Shown in pieces: positions 45,408 to 55,687 of a stretch of DNA of 64,000 nucleotides; position 1 is the first letter of the stretch; each line of letters opens with the position of its first letter. The stretch comes from an uncultured Phycisphaerales bacterium (GTDB lineage: Bacteria > Planctomycetota > Phycisphaerae > Sedimentisphaerales > Anaerobacaceae), in assembly GCA_963772725.1 (NCBI GenBank), contig CAVYYI010000003.1:448001-512000 (forward strand), given 5' to 3'. A program made the position numbers and the translations under genes. Below the pieces are notes generated by a model. The model worked only from the letters and a program-made list of their open reading frames with translations. It was not told where the DNA came from and made no database searches.

Positions 45408-45957
45408 TGTTATTTCCTTTTCTATCCCCAAGAAACCGGCGGATTTTTCCCAACCCTCTTGAAATATACTTTCTGACCGAAACTTTCTTTAAATCCATTT
45501 CCGCGGCTATTTTTTCATAACTTTCGCCATCCTTGTACCTAAGTTTTAATGCCTTTACTTCCGCGGGCGGTAATAACCGTTCCGCAAGTTCAAAAACCTG
45601 TTCTATCTGGTCTTCCTTAATGGAGGCGTATTTAGGTTCATTTTTGTGGACAGAAAAATTGAAAAAATTTAAATATTTTTTTTGGTCAGTCTCATATTTG
45701 CGGTTTTTGCGTAAAAAATCGCCAATATCGTTGATTATCCTTACATAAAGATAACTTTGAATATTTTTGATATCTTTCGGCAGAGGTTCGGCAATCAGGG
45801 ATAGGAAAAATTCCTGGTATAAGTCATTTATAGAGGCATCATCCTTGATTTTACAGCCAATAACAGCCTTAATATAATGACCATGTTCAGCCATTATATT
45901 CTCGGCAATCTTTACGTTTTCAGCACAGTTATCGGCATCTGGCCCCGGCAACGGCAT
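45394..45957 (-). CDS. ECF sigma factor
   Basis: Region 2 'NDLYQEFFL..SYLY..DFLRK' and region 4 'LPPAE..SYEKIAAEMDL..SVRKYISRG'. Confidence 0.85.
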   Translation of the reverse strand: MPLPGPDADNCAENVKIAENIMAEHGHYIKAVIGCKIKDDASINDLYQEFFLSLIAEPLPKDIKNIQSYLYVRIINDIGDFLRKNRKYETDQKKYLNFFNFSVHKNEPKYASIKEDQIEQVFELAERLLPPAEVKALKLRYKDGESYEKIAAEMDLKKVSVRKYISRGLGKIRRFLGDRKGNNNENI

Positions 45958-46175
45958 TATTATCCTCCAAAAGCCTTCCAGAATCACAAAAGAAAATAAG
46001 AAAACGTTAATCTGGCGAATATCCTCGCCAGTTTATATTTAATTCTTCATTATACCAAAAAACGTTAATATTTGCAATTATTCTTATCAAGAAAAAAGCG
46101 ATATGCGCCCACAACTATTGAGATATTAACAAATAATTTGAAGTTTTTCGGCAAGATACTTATGATAGAGGGACA

Positions 46176-47478
46176 ATGGCAAAAGAAAAGAAAAAGGATT
46201 ATTCCCGCTCGGTTAGGGCATTTGCAGAGGCGAGTAAATATCTTCCCGGCGGGGTAGATTCGCCCGTGCGGGCGTTTGGGGGAGTGGGATTGACGCCGCT
46301 TTTTATATCCGGGGCTAAAGGCGATAAAATTTATGATATCGACGGCAATGAGTACATAGATTATGTCAGCTCGTGGGGGCCGATGATTCTGGGGCATTCG
46401 CATCCGGCAGTGGTTAAAGCGATAAAAACCGCCGCTCAAAAGGGGGCATCGTTCGGCGCTCCTACGCTGGCCGAAACGGAACTTGCGAAAAAGATAATCT
46501 CCCGTTATCTGTCAATGGATAAGGTTCGTTTTGTGAGCAGCGGAACCGAGGCAGTTATGACCACTATTCGGCTGGCACGCGGTTATACAAAAAGAGACTT
46601 GATAGTGAAGATGGCCGGCTGTTATCACGGACACAGCGACTCGCTTCTTGTTAATGCCGGCTCAGGTGTTGCGGAAAACGCCATACCGGCAAGCGCCGGT
46701 GTGCCGAGTCTTGTGGCGGGGCTGACTGTCGATGTGCCGTATAATGATACCGAAGCAGCCAAAGCGGCATTTGCAAAGCATAAAGATAAAATTGCCGCCG
46801 TAATTATTGAACCCGTGGCGGCGAATATGGGCGTGGTTTTGCCTTTAGCGGGTTATCTTAAGGGCATTAAAGATTTGTGCCGAGACAATAAATCCCTGCT
46901 GATATTCGATGAGGTGATAACTGGCTTTCGTGTGGCCGCTGGCGGGGCGCAGGAACTTTTCGGAATCAAGCCAGACATGACCTGTCTGGGGAAAATTATC
47001 GGAGGCGGTCTGCCTTTGGCGGCCTTCGGGGGCAGGAGCGATATTATGGATATGCTCGCACCGCTCGGGCCGGTATATCAGGCAGGCACCCTCAGCGGCA
47101 ATCCAGATCGCCACGGCGGCGGCAAACGCGACACTCGATGTTCTTCTCAAAGGCAATAAATATAAAAAGCTTGAGTCATTGTCTGCCAGTTTGGAACAAG
47201 GTTTAACTCAGGCGGCTAAGAAAGCAGCGGTCGCCATTACGATTAATCGCATCGGCTCAATTATGAGCTGCTTTTTTACAGATAAACCGGTGCGCAATTT
47301 TGCCGATGTCAAATCAACAGACGTAAAGCAGTTTAAAAAGTTTTTCGCCGAGATGCTCAGCCGCGGCATTTACCTTGCCCCGAGCGCTTACGAGGCCATG
47401 TTTATATCGCTCGCGCACAGCAAAAAAGATATTAATAAAACCATTCGGGCGGCGAGTGAAAGTTTCAAACAGATATGA
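46176..47478 (+). CDS. hemL: Glutamate-1-semialdehyde 2,1-aminomutase (frameshift near 47105)
   Basis: '[11 protein letters not shown]', 'SGTEA', 'FDEVITGFR', 'GKIIGGG', '[10 protein letters not shown]', 'PSAYEA'. Confidence 0.95.
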
Positions 47479-47594
47479 AAAGGGAAGCTGTCCGGCGGTA
47501 AAATTTGTTGCGTATTTCGCAAAACAGCGGTAGAATATCCCTGGCTGTTAAATGGGAAAAAATGTACAAATAAAAATAAGCGAAAAGGCCTAAT

Positions 47595-48359
47595 ATGGAT
47601 GAAGATAAAACAAAACTCAGCGGTTTGATTGATACCACAGATAATCTCGAAGCGGTAAACGTATGCAAAACCTGGAAAAGTGGTTTATTTGTAATCATAA
47701 TCGTTTGCCTCGTGCTGCTGCAGTTAAATTTCTGGCTTGTTCAAACGGGCTGTATTAAAGTCGGTAATGCCGAAAAAACTTTGGAATCTGCCCAAACTTC
47801 GGTAATAATCAATCCTGTGACTGAGCCGAACTTATCGGAAATCCGGAGTTCTTTTATGACAGATGAAGTTGGAAAAGCAGCAGCGAAAATTACAGCGGAA
47901 TCTAATCAGCCCGCAAGAATGAAAATCTTGCCTATTGTTAATATAAATATAACCTTCGAGCAGGTTGCCCCCGGGATAAGGTCGCTGAATTTCGTGCTGA
48001 TGATAACAGCTGTGTTGTATAGCCTGACAATGCTGTTTATCGTGAAAATATCGCTGACCGGCAGGCTCGGCGGCATAAACCACATCGTGCGGGCATTTTT
48101 CCTTTCACTGGTTTTTGCCGTTCTTCTTATGCCCTGGCAGAAGTTTTTCCCGGGCGTTGTATTCTGGGCGATATATACGCCGGAAGAATTGCTGAAAGCT
48201 TATACCGATAACTATGGCAAGGGCATGGTTGGCAATGCTCTATATTATCTTAGGTTTTGCGGATATTCGGTTCTCGCGGTGCTTTTTCTTATAGCCGCCC
48301 AGATACGGAGTTGCCGCTGGGCAAGAACTATTTTGCGTCGCCTTGAGGTGGCAGTTTAG
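47595..48359 (+). CDS. Hypothetical 4-TM membrane protein
   Basis: 254-aa ORF with four hydrophobic segments. Confidence 0.7.
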   Translation: MDEDKTKLSGLIDTTDNLEAVNVCKTWKSGLFVIIIVCLVLLQLNFWLVQTGCIKVGNAEKTLESAQTSVIINPVTEPNLSEIRSSFMTDEVGKAAAKITAESNQPARMKILPIVNINITFEQVAPGIRSLNFVLMITAVLYSLTMLFIVKISLTGRLGGINHIVRAFFLSLVFAVLLMPWQKFFPGVVFWAIYTPEELLKAYTDNYGKGMVGNALYYLRFCGYSVLAVLFLIAAQIRSCRWARTILRRLEVAV

Positions 48360-48374
48360 AAAACATAGTGGATA

Positions 48375-48476
48375 TTATTTTCCTGTCACGTCCACAGGCT
48401 CAATAACTGTCGCAGGCATATCCATGCTGATAAGCGGAACAGACCTTATCTTTCTGCTATTTTTCTTAAGCTTCAT
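48375..48476 (-). CDS. Possible 33-aa small protein
   Basis: GAGAGGA RBS, then MKLKKNSRKIRSVPLISMDMPATVIEPVDVTGK-stop. Confidence 0.35.
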   Translation of the reverse strand: MKLKKNSRKIRSVPLISMDMPATVIEPVDVTGK

Positions 48477-48613
48477 ATTTCCTCTCTGGTTGGCCTTTTT
48501 TGCCAAATATCAGGTTTCTAAGAGTTTGTAAAAATTAATGCTGGCAAAAAATACTAAAGTTTTGTATATTATGACGGCAGTTCAAAAACGGTATTTTTTT
48601 GAGCGGGAGTCGA

Positions 48614-50320
48614 ATGCTGGAAGATAAATTGCTTGTCTGGAAACTCAGGCAGGGGGATGAACGGGCATTTTGTCGGATATACAGGAAATATAAAAGTGAT
48701 TTGCTGACGATAGCTGTACTTCTACTTCGAAAACCCGCCGCCGCGGAAGACATTCTTCACGATACTTTCATCTCTCTTGCTGAGCAGGCAATTCAGTTGA
48801 AACCTTGCGGCACGCTGAAGAATTATTTAATTCTGGATGTTATTGGTCGTGTACAGGAGCGGCTGCGCTCGGGAATGTATGAAATTGTGGGTCTCAACAG
48901 CAGCGGCCCATTAAATTCGGATGCTGTCGAATCACGGCAGGAAGAATCCGAATCCTTACAACTGCTTGCCGATGCGATGGCGAAACTTCCAGGCAATCAG
49001 CAGGAGGCGGTAATCCTGCGTCTTGCAGGAACACTAAATTTTAATGAGATAGCGAAGTTCCAGAACATATCGACGGCAGCGGCTCAAAACAGATACAGTT
49101 ACGGTCTCGACAGACTCAAGGCAATTCTCAAAATGGAATTAACGGCTGAGCCGATTCAGGCGATAAGAGATTTTGTCGCTGAATCGCGAAGGACTGTCGA
49201 TGCCGTCGCGGATGAGCATATTATGAACGACGCCCTCAATGTTCTGCGTGATTCTATCAAAGCAGAATCGCAAAATGATGCTGTTGCCGTACGAAGAAAA
49301 AAAATGTTAAAAATATTCGCCGCGATAATAATATCAGGTTTAACGATATCTCTCGGAATTATTGTTATTCAGCAAAAAAGCATTATTAAAGTATCGAATG
49401 ACCGCGGCGCAGTTACGGAGCCACTGCAAACTGAAAAAACGCATGGTGTATCTCCGCGGGAAATAGAAGACCAGTTGAATAATGTCATCAGACTGTTCGC
49501 AGCGAAAGACGTTAACGGGCTGCTTTCTATTGTTTCTTATGGCCCGCTCCAGTCCAAACTCGCGGCAGCATATTGTTTGGGCGAAATGGGAAATGTCCGT
49601 GCGATTGGCCCGCTGGGAAAATTGAACGCCGAATTTGGCCGCGGAGACCCGAATAATGTTTTCGCAAAATCCGTTAATAAAATTAAAAGCCGCATCGAGC
49701 AGCAAAAACAGGAGACGAAACTTGCAGCAGTACGGGCAAAAAAAATGGTGCCAAATCTCAAAACAATTACTTTCACCGGTCTTATGGAAGACTCAAACGG
49801 TGAACCGGCCAGCGGCTCGATAATTATAGACGGTAATTCTTTTGCAACGGACCCTAACGGAGCGTTCGAGATAACTAAGCAACTTGGCAAACCGCAAAAC
49901 GCATTTGTGTGCTGTGCCTTTGATGCAGAAAATAAAATGGGTCTGGTATTTATCCTCGACAATGACAGCAATAGTGATAACCTCCAAATCGTGCTTGAAC
50001 CGCTTGCGGCGATTGTTGGCGGTATCGTCGATGCCAATGGAGATGGCGTCCCAGACGCAAGGCCTGAGATTGGAATTGTTATGCCGAACGGTAAACTCCG
50101 AAAAACTGCCGGGCAATTGTGGAAGACCAGCGTTGACCCCAACGGCGTCTTTGCCATTGATGGCGTCCCAATCGGCCTGACTATGCAGGTTTTTGTCGCA
50201 AAGCCCGGCCTTATCGGCTGGACAGAACCCATCGAATTAAATCCCGGCCAGATAACTGATGTTGGCGATATTGTTCTTAAACCGCTGCAAATCCCGAATG
50301 ATGTCAATTCAAAACCGTAA
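48614..50320 (+). CDS. ECF sigma factor fused to anti-sigma-like TM, HEAT and carboxypeptidase-regulatory-like domains
   Basis: 'GDERAF..IY..AEDILHDTF', 'LP..QQEAVILR..FNEIA', TM 'IFAAIIISGLTISLGIIVI', 'AAYCLGEMG..RAIGPL', 'GGIVDANGDGVPDA'. Confidence 0.8.
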   Translation: MLEDKLLVWKLRQGDERAFCRIYRKYKSDLLTIAVLLLRKPAAAEDILHDTFISLAEQAIQLKPCGTLKNYLILDVIGRVQERLRSGMYEIVGLNSSGPLNSDAVESRQEESESLQLLADAMAKLPGNQQEAVILRLAGTLNFNEIAKFQNISTAAAQNRYSYGLDRLKAILKMELTAEPIQAIRDFVAESRRTVDAVADEHIMNDALNVLRDSIKAESQNDAVAVRRKKMLKIFAAIIISGLTISLGIIVIQQKSIIKVSNDRGAVTEPLQTEKTHGVSPREIEDQLNNVIRLFAAKDVNGLLSIVSYGPLQSKLAAAYCLGEMGNVRAIGPLGKLNAEFGRGDPNNVFAKSVNKIKSRIEQQKQETKLAAVRAKKMVPNLKTITFTGLMEDSNGEPASGSIIIDGNSFATDPNGAFEITKQLGKPQNAFVCCAFDAENKMGLVFILDNDSNSDNLQIVLEPLAAIVGGIVDANGDGVPDARPEIGIVMPNGKLRKTAGQLWKTSVDPNGVFAIDGVPIGLTMQVFVAKPGLIGWTEPIELNPGQITDVGDIVLKPLQIPNDVNSKP

Positions 50321-50396
50321 TCAGTTCCTTCATCATCACCGGTTTTTAGACCTTAAAAACAGGGGGTAAAAAAAATTTAAATATTTGTTTTTTTGC

Positions 50397-50425
50397 TTGA
50401 CTATTCGACAAATGTCGTTTATTTT
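50397..50425 (+). promoter_or_regulatory. blaI promoter with BlaI/CopY-type palindromic operator
   Basis: TTGACT at 50397; palindrome CGACA-AA-TGTCG (50406-50417) in the spacer, resembling the TACA-N2-TGTA box. Confidence 0.75.
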
Positions 50426-50454
50426 CTAATTAGTTAGATATTAGGAGAAATATT

Positions 50455-50859
50455 ATGGCAAGACTAAAACAAACCGATAATTCCAGACCTGAACTCACCG
50501 AGGCCGAATGGACAATAATGAAAGTTGTCTGGGAAAACGAGCCGTGTGCAGCCGGCACGGTCCAGGAAGCCCTTGAAAAAAGCAAAGACTGGGCTTACAG
50601 TACCGTAAAAACTACTATGGACCGTATGGTCGATAAAGGCCTCCTTGAAATTTCCAGAATCCGCAACCTGCAGCTTTTCAGTTCGAGGCTCAGCCCCGCG
50701 GAGGCGAGGAAAAGCGAATTTCGCAAGATGCTCAAACGTGCCTTCGATGGCGCTCTTACTCCTATGATGCAGTTTTTGATAGAGCAGCAAGGCTTATCTA
50801 AAGATGAATTAACTCAGCTTCGTCAGCTTGTCAACAAGGCTCAGCTAAAGAAAAAATAA
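50455..50859 (+). CDS. BlaI/MecI/CopY-family repressor
   Basis: 'ELTEAEWTIMKVVW', 'WAYSTVKTTMDRMVDKG', 'AFDG'. Confidence 0.93.
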   Translation: MARLKQTDNSRPELTEAEWTIMKVVWENEPCAAGTVQEALEKSKDWAYSTVKTTMDRMVDKGLLEISRIRNLQLFSSRLSPAEARKSEFRKMLKRAFDGALTPMMQFLIEQQGLSKDELTQLRQLVNKAQLKKK

Positions 50860-50877
50860 TAATGGGAGGTACTAAAA

Positions 50878-53800
50878 ATGTTGGACTTAATAAATATCTT
50901 AAACATGACCGGTGACGGCTTTTGCAGATTCGCTCTGGCCATGTTTATCCAGTCAGGCATTCTGATAGCCCTGCTGTATCTGATTGACCTGCTCATACGA
51001 AAGTATGTCCGAGCGGTCTTCAGATACTGTATCTGGATGCTCGTATTTATAAAACTCATCCTGCCGCCCACCTTATGCCTCCCCACCGGAATTGGCTACT
51101 GGTGCAGCCTCGATATCTCACCCTCAAATAACCAGATACCCGTTAACGCGCCTATGCTAGTGACACCCGCAAACACCAATCCCATCGCTGCTCTACCTAG
51201 CTCTAATCTCCCAAAAATTCAACCCCCCGCAATTACCGAAAATATCACATCCCTCCCACAGATACAACCCGCTGAATTAAACACTTCACCTGACCCCGCA
51301 ATTCCCAATCCACCCATGACCTGGCAAGCCGTTGTTTTTCTTATCTGGCTTGTGGGTGTTTTAATCCTTTCGGTTCTGCTGCTCCAAAAATTCCTATTCG
51401 TAAAAAGCCTTTTAGCTCAAACCGCTCTCGCCGACGGCAGATTGGATGAAACTCTCCAGCAATGCCGCCGCCAACTCCCAACACGCCAAAACGTCAAACT
51501 CCGCCTTTCCCAAAACATGCTCAGTCCCGCCGCCTGCGGCCTGTTTAACCCAGTAATCCTCATGTCCGCCTCACTACTCGAAAACCTCTCCAAAGAAAAA
51601 TTAACCGCTATTCTAATCCACGAACTCGCCCATATCAAAAGAGGCGACCTCTGGATTAATTTCATCCAAACCATCCTGCAAATACTGTATTTCTACAATC
51701 CCTTCGTCTGGTTCGCCAACTCCATCGTAAGAACCATCCGCGAAAAAGCCGTCGACGAAATGGTCCTCACAAAACTTGGCGACCAAGCCAAAACCTACAG
51801 CTCCACCCTCATAGACATCGCCGAACTCGCCTTCTCAAAACCCCACTTCAGCCTAAGATTAGTCGGCGTAGTAGAATCAAAAAAAGCCCTCTCCGACCGC
51901 ATAAAACACATCCTAACCAGACCAATCCCCAAATCCGCAAAACTCGGCTTGGTTGGCCTTGTAATGATTATCCTTGCAGGTTGCGTTTTGCTTCCGATGG
52001 CAAAAGGAAAAGAAACCAAACCTGAATTTGTTGTCAAGGATACTGTCAAAGATTCTCAAATCAGCAAACTAACAGCCGAGGAATTGAAAAACAGTACACA
52101 ATACAAACCTTCCGAAAACCAAGACTCAAAAACAAACTCAATTTCCGCCGCGCAAACGAATGTCTCCGCCAAAGATGCAAACAAAGTACCAAAAGAAGAA
52201 AATAAATCATCTTCCTCAAATTACGCAGCCGCTTTACATAAAAATAAAATCAGGGCATTTACCCTATCTAATGATGGACTTATGGCACTTGACTGGGACT
52301 GTTCATCCTGGTTTTCAACAGGCACAAATGCTAAATTTATCGGCAAACGTCATATTCCAGACCTTGGTGTGGAATACGATATTTATTTTCCAGCCGATTG
52401 CGACCCTGAGACAAATTGGTTTTTTTATGGTTCTTCGATGTATGGTGGTTCGGGTCTGCTTGCCGGGTTGAACTTGCCTGATTATAATTCGTTTGATATT
52501 AAATTTACACTTCGGAAAATCAACGATTCTAATGATTATAAACTTGTCAAACTTCCGCTTTATGCTGGCGTATTTGTGAGCACCGCAAACCGAAAAAGTG
52601 ACGTTAAATATATTGCTCTCAAACCAAACCGCCCGGCGGTTGCCAGTTTGCGGACACAAATGGAAAAAATTAATTCTCTTGGAATTTTAATTGCGCCTCC
52701 TCGCAGGCCTGCCGGCCTTGATCCGAATTTAGGACTAAAGGTTACATTATTGCTTCAGCCCGTTCCCAAGGCTAAGATTATTGAACCAATAAAACAGACA
52801 TCGGAGATGCCTGAATCTTCCGGCAATGCGAGAGAATTGGTGGCAGGTCGTGACTACCAGAAAATTCAGGATGCCATAAACGCAGCTCAATACGGCGACA
52901 ATGTACGTATCAAGCCTGGAATCTATGAGGAATCACTTAAACTCAAAGATGGAGTTAATCTGATTGGGGAAGACACTAATACAGTAATAATTCAATGCGA
53001 TTTTCGTGAAGCACCTGTTTTGACTATTGAAAATTGCAAAAGTGCCCGCATAAGTAAAATGACATTGAAACATTATAGCTCCATCCCGCTTAAAGATGAT
53101 TTCGCAGGCAGATGGGCAGTTATAAGGCTTGCAAGCAGCAATGCTTTTTTAGAACATCTGCTTGTTTGTGATAGCTCATCGGAAGGCATTAGAATTGAAA
53201 ATAATGAAAAAGTTGTGGTTAATAAATGCACCGTACGGAACAGCCGGACTTTGGGAATTTTGGTTTGTGCATCCGGCCGAACCGAATTAGATAACAATAT
53301 CTGCGAGAATAATAAATCGAACGGTATTTATTTCAAAGGTTGGTCAAGCGGTATTGTAAGTGGAAATCTATGTAGAAATAATGCTAAAAATGGTATCAGC
53401 ATTGATGATAATGCGGCTGTCAATCTGGCTGCAAACACGTGCAGTGAGAATAAGTGGAGCGGCATCTGGCTTGGCGCCAAGGGTCCGCTTAATGTAAGAA
53501 GTAATATCTGCAATAACAATGAGAAAACGGGAATTGAAATCAATGGTAAAATTGAGGCTTTTGTTATCGGCAATAATTGTAATCGCAATAGCAATAATGG
53601 AATATATTTTCTTGGTGGTGCGGGAGGCTCTGCCAGAGAAAATATCTGTAATGCCAATAAAATACACGGCATAAGTATCGACGACCTTTCTACGCCGAAT
53701 GTCAAAGACAACAATTGCAGCGACAATAGACGGTGCGGTGTTTATATCAGTACCAGTGGCAAAATACAAATCGGATTAAATAAAATACATAATAACGGTG

Positions 53801-55596
53801 AGTTCAGCATTGGAGAAATTCACAGCCTGTTGCAAGCTGAAGACTTCAACGAACTTGAGTACATGGCTTCTAAAATACGAAATGAAAAACGACGTTTTTT
53901 AGACGGAAATTGGCAGTTGAATTCATTTTACTGGACACTTGGGATAGGATACGGCTCTTCTAAGCAAAAGTTAATTGAAGATATATTTAAAAAATGGATG
54001 TCGCAATATCCAGATTCCATTACCCCTCGCATTTGTATGGCATACGCATATTTTGATTTTGCATGGAATGCTCGCGGAGGAGGTTTTGCTTATACCGTTA
54101 GCGAAAAAGGCTGGCGAGAATGTAAAGAATTTCTCCAAAAAGCAAAGGATATTCTTAAAGATGCTGAAAAATTTCCGGTCAAAGACCCTGGTTTATACGT
54201 AATTCTGTTAGGTATTGAGAGAGGTTTAGGTACACTGCCGCAGGAAACGCAATCAATATTTGAAAAAGGGGTAGCTATTGAATCAAACTATTACCCGCTT
54301 TATGGTGAGCGTGCGACTTCATATATGATGCGGTGGTATGGCAAAGAAGGCGATTTGGAGCGTTTCGCGCAAGATGCTGTTAGTCGCACAAAGAATACAG
54401 AAGGACAAATACTTTATTTCTTGATTGCTGAACAGGAAATTCGTAAATCCACCAGTATTGAGGATTTTAAAGATATGGGCTTCAATTATGAGCAATTGAA
54501 GCAGGGGCAGCAGGAATTGGTAAAGCGTTTTCCGGAAGCGAGAAATATTAAGTTCTTAAATCAAGTATGTTTCACAGCATGTGCAGCAGAAAATAAAGAG
54601 GACGCCAAAGATTATTTCATTGATATTGGCGACCAATGGGACAAGAACATTTGGAAAGATTTCGAAACATTTTCAAAATATAAATCGTGGGCAAAAAGCA
54701 AAAACGATAAAACAGGCTCCGAGGAAAAATCATCGATTAATCCTGAACCTAATACTATCGAAATTAAGGAAATCAATGATTCAAATAACAAATCTGACTC
54801 ACAGGCGGTGATGATTTTTGAAAAAATGCTGGCTAAATATAAGGAAATAAAAACATTCTCAGCCGTAGGGGAAGTGAATTCCGTGATGGATATGTCTGAT
54901 GTAAATATTCCTGATAACACATCAGACAAGCGATTTCAGGAGGCGATGAAAAATTTTAAATCGACCTACTCGTTCACTATAAAGCTCGGCAGGCCGAATC
55001 TGTATCTTGTCAAATGGGAGCAAAAGTTAGTTTCCGCCTTTAGTATCAGTAGTGAGGGAGCGGTATGGAATGCCGGAGATGGCGATTATTTACTGCTGTT
55101 AGGACAGAAAAGTAAACCACAAAATGCCGAAATGGCGTTGGCCTCCGCAACTGGGGTATCCGGCGGGGCCGCCGCTACCATACCGTCATTATTTTTTAAT
55201 ATGCCTTGGGGAAATATAAAGAGTATGCAAGGATTATCACAAACCGGTGAAGAAAAAATAGATGGCGACGATTGCTACATTATTTCAGGAAAACTTGCTA
55301 ATATGAAACACAAGCTTTGGATATCTAAGCAGACTTTTCTTATACGGCAAAAACAGCATATTTTTAACGGAGAAGAAATTAAACCACCATCGCTTTCAGA
55401 TGAAGATATTAAGACGAGTCTGAAAGCTATGGGCAAAGACACGAACCCTGAAGAGATTGCAAAAATGCGGGAAACAATGCAATCTGCTAATCGTATGGCA
55501 TCAAAAATTAAAGCGGGTAGTACCACCGAAATATATCTGGACATCAAAATAGATGAGGCAATTCCTAAAGAAAAATTTGCGCCGGATGTAAATTAA
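50878..55596 (+). CDS. BlaR1-like M56 peptidase sensor with large modular extracytoplasmic region
   Basis: 'HELAHIKRGD', 'NPFVW', 'REKAVD'; then parallel beta-helix repeats, DUF4034-like 'AWNARGGGFAYTV' and a LolA-like C-terminal domain. Confidence 0.88.
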   Translation: MLDLINILNMTGDGFCRFALAMFIQSGILIALLYLIDLLIRKYVRAVFRYCIWMLVFIKLILPPTLCLPTGIGYWCSLDISPSNNQIPVNAPMLVTPANTNPIAALPSSNLPKIQPPAITENITSLPQIQPAELNTSPDPAIPNPPMTWQAVVFLIWLVGVLILSVLLLQKFLFVKSLLAQTALADGRLDETLQQCRRQLPTRQNVKLRLSQNMLSPAACGLFNPVILMSASLLENLSKEKLTAILIHELAHIKRGDLWINFIQTILQILYFYNPFVWFANSIVRTIREKAVDEMVLTKLGDQAKTYSSTLIDIAELAFSKPHFSLRLVGVVESKKALSDRIKHILTRPIPKSAKLGLVGLVMIILAGCVLLPMAKGKETKPEFVVKDTVKDSQISKLTAEELKNSTQYKPSENQDSKTNSISAAQTNVSAKDANKVPKEENKSSSSNYAAALHKNKIRAFTLSNDGLMALDWDCSSWFSTGTNAKFIGKRHIPDLGVEYDIYFPADCDPETNWFFYGSSMYGGSGLLAGLNLPDYNSFDIKFTLRKINDSNDYKLVKLPLYAGVFVSTANRKSDVKYIALKPNRPAVASLRTQMEKINSLGILIAPPRRPAGLDPNLGLKVTLLLQPVPKAKIIEPIKQTSEMPESSGNARELVAGRDYQKIQDAINAAQYGDNVRIKPGIYEESLKLKDGVNLIGEDTNTVIIQCDFREAPVLTIENCKSARISKMTLKHYSSIPLKDDFAGRWAVIRLASSNAFLEHLLVCDSSSEGIRIENNEKVVVNKCTVRNSRTLGILVCASGRTELDNNICENNKSNGIYFKGWSSGIVSGNLCRNNAKNGISIDDNAAVNLAANTCSENKWSGIWLGAKGPLNVRSNICNNNEKTGIEINGKIEAFVIGNNCNRNSNNGIYFLGGAGGSARENICNANKIHGISIDDLSTPNVKDNNCSDNRRCGVYISTSGKIQIGLNKIHNNGEFSIGEIHSLLQAEDFNELEYMASKIRNEKRRFLDGNWQLNSFYWTLGIGYGSSKQKLIEDIFKKWMSQYPDSITPRICMAYAYFDFAWNARGGGFAYTVSEKGWRECKEFLQKAKDILKDAEKFPVKDPGLYVILLGIERGLGTLPQETQSIFEKGVAIESNYYPLYGERATSYMMRWYGKEGDLERFAQDAVSRTKNTEGQILYFLIAEQEIRKSTSIEDFKDMGFNYEQLKQGQQELVKRFPEARNIKFLNQVCFTACAAENKEDAKDYFIDIGDQWDKNIWKDFETFSKYKSWAKSKNDKTGSEEKSSINPEPNTIEIKEINDSNNKSDSQAVMIFEKMLAKYKEIKTFSAVGEVNSVMDMSDVNIPDNTSDKRFQEAMKNFKSTYSFTIKLGRPNLYLVKWEQKLVSAFSISSEGAVWNAGDGDYLLLLGQKSKPQNAEMALASATGVSGGAAATIPSLFFNMPWGNIKSMQGLSQTGEEKIDGDDCYIISGKLANMKHKLWISKQTFLIRQKQHIFNGEEIKPPSLSDEDIKTSLKAMGKDTNPEEIAKMRETMQSANRMASKIKAGSTTEIYLDIKIDEAIPKEKFAPDVN

Positions 55597-55687
55597 GCGG
55601 TCTGTTGATTTAACTGTATAAATAGCCTTAAATCAGCGTCCACAACGTCAGCTTCCACCAACTAACAACTCTCAAGGCTGGTTTGAG

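Noticed and set aside
50455..55596. Beta-lactam resistance locus
   Set aside because: No penicillin-binding sensor domain and no beta-lactamase or PBP gene nearby.
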